Source of the DNA: Eledone cirrhosa
Taxonomy: Eukaryota
Assembly (NCBI GenBank): GCA_964016885.1
Contig: OZ024750.1
Span: 35,712,001-35,776,000, forward strand
Length of the DNA: 64,000 nucleotides
Direction: 5' to 3'
Shown: positions 51,022-62,965 of the stretch, piece by piece
How the letters are laid out: every line of letters begins with the position of its first letter
Numbering within the stretch: position 1 is the first letter of the stretch
Made by a program: the position numbers and the translations under genes
The notes under the pieces: generated by a model
What the model saw: only the letters and a program-made list of their open reading frames with translations
What the model was told of the DNA's origin: nothing
The model's database searches: none

Positions 51022-54000
51022 TTATACAGTTACTATATTATGTAGTTACTATATTATACAGTTACTATATTATACAGTTACTATATTATGTAGTTACTAT
51101 ATTATACAGTTACTATATTATACTGTTACTATATTATACAGTTACTATATTATACTGTTACTATATTAAACTGTTACTATATTATACTGTTACTATATTA
51201 TACTGTTACTATATTATACTGTTACTATATTATGTAGTTACTATATTATACAGTTACTATATTATACAGTTACTATATTATACAGTTACTATATTATACA
51301 GTTACTATATTATACTGTTACTATATTATACTGTTACTATATTATACTGTTACTATATTATACAGTTACTATATTATACAGTTACTATATTATACTGTTA
51401 CTATATTATACTGTTACTATATTATACAGTTACTATATTATACAGTTATTATATTATACTGTTACTATATTATACAGTTACTATATTATACAGTTACTAT
51501 ATTATACAGTTACTATATTATACTGTTACTATATTATACAGTTACTATATTATACTGTTACTATATTATACTGTTACTATATTATACAGTTACTATATTA
51601 TACTGTTACTATATTATACAGTTACTATATTATACAGTTACTATAATATACAGTTACTATGTTATACTGTTACTAATTTATACAGTTACTATATTATACT
51701 GTTACTATATTATAGATTTCCTATATTATACTGTTACTATATTATACAGTTACTATATTATACTGTTACTATATTATACTGTTACTATATTATACAGTTA
51801 CTATATTATACTGTTACTATATTATACAGTTACTATATTATACTGTTACTATATTATACAGTTACTATATTATACTGTTACTATATTATACTGTTACTAT
51901 ATTATACTGTTACTATATTATACAGTTACTATATTATACTGTTACTATATTATGTAGTTACTATATTATACTGTTACTATATTATGTAGTTACTATATTA
52001 TACTGTTACTATATTATGTAGTTACTATATTATAAAGTTACTATATTATACAGTTACTATATTATACTGTTACTATATTATACTGTTACTATATTATACT
52101 GTTACTATATTATGTAGTTACTATATTATACTGTTACTATATTATGTAGTTACTATATTATACTGTTACTATATTATGTAGTTACTATATTATACTGTTA
52201 CTATATTATGTAGTTACTATATTATAAAGTTACTATATTATACAGTTACTATATTATACTGTTACTATATTATACTGTTACTATATTATACTGTTACTAT
52301 ATTATGTAGTTACTATATTATACAGTTACTATATTATACAGTTACTATATTATACTGTTACTATATTATACAGTTACTATATTATACTGTTACTATATTA
52401 TGTAGTTACTATATTATACTGTTACTATATTATGTAGTTACTATATTGTACAGTTACTATATTATACAGTTACTATATTATACAGTTACTATATTATACT
52501 GTTACTATATTATACAGTTACTATATTATACTATTAATATATTATACTGTTACTATATTATACTGTTACTATATTATGTAGTTACTATATTATGTAGTTA
52601 CTATATTATACAGTTACTATATTATACTGTTATTATATTACACAGTTACTATATTATACAGTTACTATATTATACTGTTACTATATTATACAGTTACTAT
52701 ATCATACAGTTACTATATTATACAGTTACTATATTATACAGTTACTATATTATGCTGTTACTATATTATACAGTTACTATATTATACAGTTACTATATTA
52801 TACTGTTACTATATTATGTAGTTACTATATTATACAGTTACTATATTATACTGTTACTATATTATACTGTTACTATATTATACAGTTACTATATTATACT
52901 GTTACTATATTATACTGTTACTATATTATACTGTTACTATATTATACTGTTACTATATTATGTAGTTACTATATTATACTGTTACTATATTATGTAGTTA
53001 CTTTATTATACTGTTACTATATTATACTGTTACTATATTATACTGTTACTATATTATACAGTTACTATATTATGTAGTTACTATATTATACAGTTACTAT
53101 ATTATACAGTTACTATATTATACAGTTACTATATTATACTGTTACTATATTATGTAGTTACTATATTATACTGTTACTATATTATACTGTTACTATATTA
53201 TACTGTTACTATATTATACAGTTAGTATATTATGTAGTTACTATATTATACTATTACTATATTATACAGTTACTATATTATGTAGTTACTATATTATACT
53301 GTTACTATATTATACTGTTAATATATTATACAGTTACTATATTATGTAGTTACTATATTATACAGTTACTATATTATACAGTTACTATATTATACAGTTA
53401 CTATATTATACAGTTACTATATTATACAGTTACTATATTATGTAGTTACTATATTATACAGTTACTATATTATGTAGTTACTATATTATACAGTTACTAT
53501 ATTATACTGTTACTATATTATACAGTTACTATATTATACAGTTACTATATTATACTGTTACTATATTATGTAGTTACTATATTATACTGTTACTATATTA
53601 TACTGTTACTATATTATACTGTTACTATGTTATACTGTTACTATATTATACGGTTACTATATTATACAGTTACTATATTATACTGTTACTATATTATACA
53701 GTTACTATATTATACTGTTACTATATTATACAGTTACTATATTATACTGTTACTATAGTATGTAGTTACTATATTATACTGTTACTATATTATACAGTTA
53801 CTATATTATACTGTTACTATATTATACTGTTACTATATTATACTGTTACTATATTATACAGTTACTATATTATACTGTTACTATATTATGTAGTTACTAT
53901 ATTATACTGTTACTATATTATGTAGTTACTATATTATACTGTTACTATATTATGTAGTTACTATATTATAAAGTTACTATATTATACAGTTACTATATTA

Positions 54001-56657
54001 TACTGTTACTATATTATACTGTTACTATATTATACTGTTACTATATTATGTAGCTACTATATTATACTGTTACTATATTATGTAGTTACTATATTATACT
54101 GTTACTATATTATGTAGTTACTATATTATACTGTTACTATATTATGTAGTTACTATATTATAAAGTTACTATATTATACAGTTACTATATTATACTGTTA
54201 CTATATTATACTGTTACTATATTATACTGTTACTATATTATGTAGTTACTATATTATACAGTTACTATATTATACAGTTACTATATTATACTGTTACTAT
54301 ATTATACAGTTACTATATTATACTGTTACTATATTATGTAGTTACTATATTATACTGTTACTATATTATGTAGTTACTATATTATACAGTTACTATATTA
54401 TACAGTTACTATATTATACAGTTACTATATTATACAGTTACTATATTATACTGTTACTATATTATACAGTTACTATATTATACTATTAATATATTATACT
54501 GTTACTATATTATACTGTTACTATATTATGTAGTTACTATATTATGTAGTTACTATATTATACAGTTACTATATTATACTGTTATTATATTACACAGTTA
54601 CTATATTATACAGTTACTATATTATACTGTTACTATATTATACAGTTACTATATTATACAGTTACTATATTATGCTGTTACTATATTATACAGTTACTAT
54701 ATTATGTAGTTACTATATTATACAGTTACTATATTATACTGTTACTATATTATACTGTTACTATATTATACAGTTACTATATTATACTGTTACTATATTA
54801 TACTGTTACTATATTATACTGTTACTATATTATACTGTTACTATATTATGTAGTTACTATATTATACTGTTACTATATTATGTAGTTACTTTATTATACT
54901 GTTACTAAATTATACTGTTACTATATTATACTGTTACTATATTATACAGTTACTATATTATGTAGTTACTATATTATACAGTTACTATATTATACAGTTA
55001 CTATATTATACAGTTACTATATTATACTGTTACTATATTATGTAGTTACTATATTATACTGTTACTATATTATGTAGTTACTATATTATACTGTTACTAT
55101 ATTATGTAGTTACTATATTATACAGTTACTATATTATACAGTTACTATATTATACAGTTACTATATTATACAGTTACTATATTATACTGTTACTATATTA
55201 TACAGTTACTATATTATACTATTAATATATTATACTGTTACTATATTATACTGTTACTATATTATGTAGTTACTATATTATGTAGTTACTATATTATACA
55301 GTTACTATATTATACTGTTATTATATTACACAGTTACTATATTATACAGTTACTATATTATAGTGTTACTATATTATACAGTTACTATATTATACAGTTA
55401 CTATATTATACAGTTACTATATTATACAGTTACTATATTATGCTGTTACTATATTATACAGTTACTATATTATACAGTTACTATATTATACTGTTACTAT
55501 ATTATGTAGTTACTATATTATACAGTTACTATATTATACTGTTACTATATTATACTGTTACTATATTATACAGTTACTATATTATACTGTTACTATATTA
55601 TACTGTTACTATATTATACTGTTACTATATTATACTGTTACTATATTATGTAGTTACTATATTATACTGTTACTATATTATGTAGTTACTTTATTATACT
55701 GTTACTATATTATACTGTTACTATATTATACTGTTACTATATTATACAGTTACTATATTATGTAGTTACTATATTATACAGTTACTATATTATACAGTTA
55801 CTATATTATACAGTTACTATATTATACTGTTACTATATTATGTAGTTACTATATTATACTGTTACTATATTATACTGTTACTATATTATACTGTTACTAT
55901 ATTATACAGTTAGTATATTATGTAGTTACTATATTATACTATTACTATATTATACAGTTACTATATTATGTAGTTACTATATTATACTGTTACTATATTA
56001 TACTGTTAATATATTATACAGTTACTATATTATGTAGTTACTATATTATACAGTTACTATATTATACAGTTACTATATTATACAGTTACTATATTATACA
56101 GTTACTATATTATACAGTTACTATATTATGTAGTTACTATATTATACAGTTACTATATTATGTAGTTACTATATTATACAGTTACTATATTATACTGTTA
56201 CTATATTATACAGTTACTATATTATACAGTTACTATATTATACTGTTACTATATTATGTAGTTACTATATTATACTGTTACTATATTATACTGTTACTAT
56301 ATTATACTGTTACTATGTTATACTGTTACTATATTATACGGTTACTATATTATACAGTTACTATATTATACTTTTACTATATTATACAGTTACTATATTA
56401 TACTGTTACTATATTATACATTTACTATATTATACTGTTACTATAGTATGTAGTTACTATATTATACTGTTACTATATTATACTGTTACTATATTTTACT
56501 GTTACTATATTATACTGTTACTATGTTATACAGTTACTATATTATACTGTTACTATATTATGTAGTTACTATATTATACTGTTACTATATTATACTGTTA
56601 CTATATTATACAGTTACTATATTATACTGTTACTATATTATACAGTTACTATATTAT

Positions 56658-56697
56658 ACAGTATAATATAGTAACAGTATAATATAGTAACAGTATA
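56658..56697 (-). repeat. Inverted satellite segment #18 (40 bp)
   Basis: Same inverted 40-mer. Confidence 0.97.
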
Positions 56698-57069
56698 TTA
56701 TACAGTTACTATATTATGTAGTTACTATATTATACAGTTACTATATTATACAGTTACTATATTATGTAGTTACTATATTATACAGTTACTATATTATACT
56801 GTTACTATATTATACAGTTACTATATTATACTGTTACTATATTAAACTGTTACCATATTATACTGTTACTATATTATACTGTTACTATATTATACTGTTA
56901 CTATATTATGTAGATACTATATTATACAGTTACTATATTATACAGTTACTATATTATACAGTTACTATATTATACAGTTACTATATTGTACTGTTACTAT
57001 ATTATACTGTTACTATATTATAATGTTACTATATTATACAGTTACTATATTATACAGTTACTATTTTAT

Positions 57070-60000
57070 ACTGTTACTATATTATACTGTTACTATATTA
57101 TACAGTTACTATATTATACAGTTACTATATTATTCTGTTACTATATTATACAGTTACTATATTATACAGTTACTATATTATACAGTTACTATATTATACT
57201 GTTACTATATTATACAGTTACTATATTATACTGTTACTATATAATACTGTTACTATATTATACAGTTACTATATTATACTGTTACTATATTATACAGTAA
57301 CTATATTATACAGTTACTATATTATACAGTTACTATATTATACTGTTACTATATTATACAGTTACTATATTATACTGTTACTATATTATACAGTTACTAC
57401 ATTATACTGTTACTATATCATACAGTTACTATATTATACTGTTACTATATTATACTGTTACTATATTATACAGTTACTATATTATACTGTTACTATATTA
57501 TACAGTTACTATATTATACAGTTACTATATTATACAGTTACTATATTATACTGTTACTATATTATACAGTTACTATATTATACTGTTACTATATTATACT
57601 GTTACTATATTATACAGTTACTATATTATACAGTTACTATATTATACAGTTACTATATTATACTGTTACTATATTATACTGTTACTATATTATACAGTTA
57701 CTATATTATACAGTTACTATATTATACTGTTACTATATTATAATGTTACTATATTATACTGTTACTATATTATACTGTTATTATATTATACAGTTACTAT
57801 ATTATACTGTTACTATATTATACTGTTACTACATTATACTGTTACTATATCATACAGTTACTATATTATACTGTTACTATATTATACTGTTACTATATTT
57901 TACAGTTACTATATTATACTGTTACTATATTATACAGTTACTATATTATACAGTTACTATATTATACAGTTACTATATTATACTGTTACTATATTATACA
58001 GTTACTATATTATACTGTTACTATATTATACTGTTACTATATTATACAGTTACTATATTATACAGTTACTATATTATACAGTTACTATATTATACTGTTA
58101 CTATATTATACTGTTACTATATTATACTGTTACTATATTATACTGTTACTATATTATGTAGTTACTATATTATACTGTTACTATATTATGTAGTTACTTT
58201 ATTATACTGTTACTATATTATACTGTTACTATATTATACTGTTACTATATTATACAGTTACTATATTATGTAGTTACTATATTATACAGTTACTATATTA
58301 TACAGTTACTATATTATACAGTTACTATATTATACTGTTACTATATTATGTAGTTACTATATTATACTGTTACTATATTATACTGTTACTATATTATACA
58401 GTTAGTATATTATGTAGTTACTATATTATACTATTACTATATTATACAGTTACTATATTATGTAGTTACTATATTATACTGTTACTATATTATACTGTTA
58501 ATATATTATACAGTTACTATATTATGTAGTTACTATATTATACAGTTACTATATTATACAGTTACTATATTATACAGTTACTATATTATACAGTTACTAT
58601 ATTATACAGTTACTATATTATGTAGTTACTATATTATACAGTTACTATATTATGTAGTTACTATATTATACAGTTACTATATTATACAGTTACTATATTA
58701 TACAGTTACTATATTATACAGTTACTATATTATACTGTTACTATATTATGTAGTTATTATATTATACAGTTACTATGTTATACTGTTACTATATTATACA
58801 GTTACTATATTATACTGTTACTATATTATAGATTTCCTATATTATACTGTTACTATATTATACAGTTACTATATTATACTGTTACTATATTATACTGTTA
58901 CTATATTATACAGTTACTATATTATACTGTTACTATATTATACAGTTACTATATTATACTGTTACTATATTATACAGTTACTATATTATACTGTTACTAT
59001 ATTATACTGTTACTATATTATACTGTTACTATATTATACAGTTACTATATTATACTGTTACTATATTATGTAGTTACTATATTATACTGTTACTATATTA
59101 TGTAGTTACTATATTATACTGTTACTATATTATGTAGTTACTATATTATCAAGTTACTATATTATACAGTTACTATATTATACTGTTACTATATTATACT
59201 GTTACTATATTATACTGTTACTATATTATGTAGTTACTATATTATACTGTTACTATATTATGTAGTTACTATATTATACTGTTACTATATTATGTAGTTA
59301 CTATATTATACTGTTACTATATTATGTAGTTACTATATTATAAAGTTACTATATTATACAGTTACTATATTATACTGTTACTATATTATACTGTTACTAT
59401 ATTATACTGTTACTATATTATGTAGTTACTATATTATACAGTTACTATATTATACTGTTACTATATTATACTGTTACTATATTATACAGTTACTATATTA
59501 TACAGTTACTATATTATTCTGTTACTATATTATACAGTTACTATATTATACAGTTACTATATTATACAGTTACTATATTATACTGTTACTATATTATACA
59601 GTTACTATATTATACTGTTACTATATAATACTGTTACTATATTATACAGTTACTATATTATACTGTTACTATATTATACAGTAACTATATTATACAGTTA
59701 CTATATTATACAGTTACTATATTATACTGTTACTATATTATACAGTTACTATATTATACTGTTACTATATTATACAGTTACTACATTATACTGTTACTAT
59801 ATCATACAGTTACTATATTATACTGTTACTATATTATACTGTTACTATATTATACAGTTACTATATTATACTGTTACTATATTATACTGTTACTATATTA
59901 TACAGTTACTATATTATACAGTTACTATATTATACAGTTACTATATTATACTGTTACTATATTATACAGTTACTATATTATACTGTTACTATATTATACT

Positions 60001-61830
60001 GTTACTATATTATACAGTTACTATATTATACAGTTACTATATTATACAGTTACTATATTATACTGTTACTATATTATACTGTTACTATATTATACAGTTA
60101 CTATATTATACAGTTACTATATTATACTGTTACTATATTATAATGTTACTATATTATACTGTTACTATATTATACTGTTATTATATTATACAGTTACTAT
60201 ATTATACTGTTACTATATTATACTGTTACTACATTATACTGTTACTATATCATACAGTTACTATATTATACTGTTACTATATTATACTGTTACTATATTT
60301 TACAGTTACTATATTATACTGTTACTATATTATACAGTTACTATATTATACAGTTACTATATTATACAGTTACTATATTATACTGTTACTATATTATACA
60401 GTTACTATATTATACTGTTACTATATTATACTGTTACTATATTATACAGTTACTATATTATACAGTTACTATATTATACAGTTACTATATTATACTGTTA
60501 CTATATTATACTGTTACTATATTATACTGTTACTATATTATACTGTTACTATATTATGTAGTTACTATATTATACTGTTACTATATTATGTAGTTACTTT
60601 ATTATACTGTTACTATATTATACTGTTACTATATTATACTGTTACTATATTATACAGTTACTATATTATGTAGTTACTATATTATACAGTTACTATATTA
60701 TACTGTTACTATATTATACAGTTACTATATTATACTGTTACTATATTATGTAGTTACTATATTATACTGTTACTATATTATACTGTTACTATATTATACT
60801 GTTACTATATTATACAGTTAGTATATTATGTAGTTACTATATTATACTATTACTATATTATACAGTTACTATATTATGTAGTTACTATATTATACTGTTA
60901 CTATATTATACAGTTACTATATTATACAGTTACTATATTATACAGTTACTATATTATACAGTTACTATATTATGTAGTTACTATATTATACAGTTACTAT
61001 ATTATGTAGTTACTATATTATACAGTTACTATATTATACTGTTACTATATTATACAGTTACTATAATATACAGTTACTATATTATACTGTTACTATATTA
61101 TGTAGTTATTTTATTATACAGTTACTATGTTATACTGTTACTATATTATACAGTTACTATATTATACTGTTACTATATTATAGATTTCCTATATTATACT
61201 GTTACTATATTATACAGTTACTATATTATACTGTTACTATATTATACTGTTACTATATTATACAGTTACTACATTATACTGTTACTATATCATACAGTTA
61301 CTATATTATACTGTTACTATATTATACTGTTACTATATTATACAGTTACTATATTATACTGTTACTATATTATACAGTTACTATATTATACTGTTACTAT
61401 ATTATACTGTTACTATATTATACTGTTACTATATTATACAGTTACTATATTATACTGTTACTATATTATGTAGTTACTATATTATACTGTTACTATATTA
61501 TGTAGTTACTATATTATACTGTTACTATATTATGTAGTTACTATATTATCAAGTTACTATATTATACAGTTACTATATTATACTGTTACTATATTATACT
61601 GTTACTATATTATACTGTTACTATATTATGTAGTTACTATATTATACTGTTACTATATTATGTAGTTACTATATTATACTGTTACTATATTATGTAGTTA
61701 CTATATTATACTGTTACTATATTATGTAGTTACTATATTATAAAGTTACTATATTATACATTTACTATATTATACTGTTACTATATTATACTGTTACTAT
61801 ATTATACTGTTACTATATTATGTAGTTACT
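57070..61830 (+). repeat. Tandem duplication of about 2,400 bp (150 monomers, no inversion inside)
   Basis: Pseudo-ORFs 57743/60143 and the TATCAAG variant at 59150/61550. Confidence 0.85.
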
Positions 61831-62925
61831 ATATTATACAGTTACTATATTATACAGTTACTATATTATACTGTTACTATATTATACAGTTACTATATTA
61901 TACTGTTACTATATTATGTAGTTACTATATTATACTGTTACTATATTATGTAGTTACTTTATTATACTGTTACTATATTATACTGTTACTATATTATACT
62001 GTTACTATATTATACAGTTACTATATTATGTAGTTACTATATTATACAGTTACTATATTATACAGTTACTATATTATACAGTTACTATATTATACTGTTA
62101 CTATATTATGTAGTTACTATATTATACTGTTACTATATTATACTGTTACTGTATTATACTGTTACTATATTATACAGTTAGTATATTATGTAGTTACTAT
62201 ATTATACTATTACTATATTATACAGTTACTATATTATGTAGTTACTATATTATACTGTTACTATATTATACTGTTAATATATTATACAGTTACTATATTA
62301 TGTAGTTACTATATTATACAGTTACTATATTATACAGTTACTATATTATACAGTTACTATATTATACAGTTACTATATTATACAGTTACTATATTATGTA
62401 GTTACTATATTATACAGTTACTATATTATGTAGTTACTATATTATACAGTTACTATATTATACTGTTACTATATTATACAGTTACTATATTATACAGTTA
62501 CTATATTATACTGTTACTATATTATGTAGTTACTATATTATACTGTTACTATATTATACTGTTACTATATTATACTGTTACTATGTTATACTGTTACTAT
62601 ATTATACGGTTACTATATTATACAGTTACTATATTATACTTTTACTATATTATACAGTTACTATATTATACTGTTACTATATTATACAGTTACTATATTA
62701 TACTGTTACTATAGTATGTAGTTACTATATTATACTGTTACTATATTATACTGTTACTATATTTTACTGTTACTATATTATACTGTTACTATGTTATACA
62801 GTTACTATATTATACTGTTACTATATTATGTAGTTACTATATTATACTGTTACTATATTATACTGTTACTATATTATACAGTTACTATATTATACTGTTA
62901 CTATATTATACAGTTACTATATTAT

Positions 62926-62965
62926 ACAGTATAATATAGTAACAGTATAATATAGTAACAGTATA
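62926..62965 (-). repeat. Inverted satellite segment #19 (40 bp)
   Basis: Paralogue of #18 at offset 6,268. Confidence 0.97.

Larger units (their letters stand above)
46150..54690 (+). repeat. Duplicated block of about 3.9 kb at offset 4,636-4,668 (about 46150-50060 versus 50790-54690)
   Basis: Inversions #16/#17, pseudo-ORFs 47778/52446, and shared ACTAATTT, GATTTCCT, ACGGTT and TAGCTACT variants. Confidence 0.85.

Noticed and set aside
4934-62965. Inversions as MITE/transposon ends or a recombinase-driven invertible switch
   Set aside because: There is no internal unique sequence, target-site duplication or recombinase gene. Shared flanking haplotypes are explained by copying of one event.
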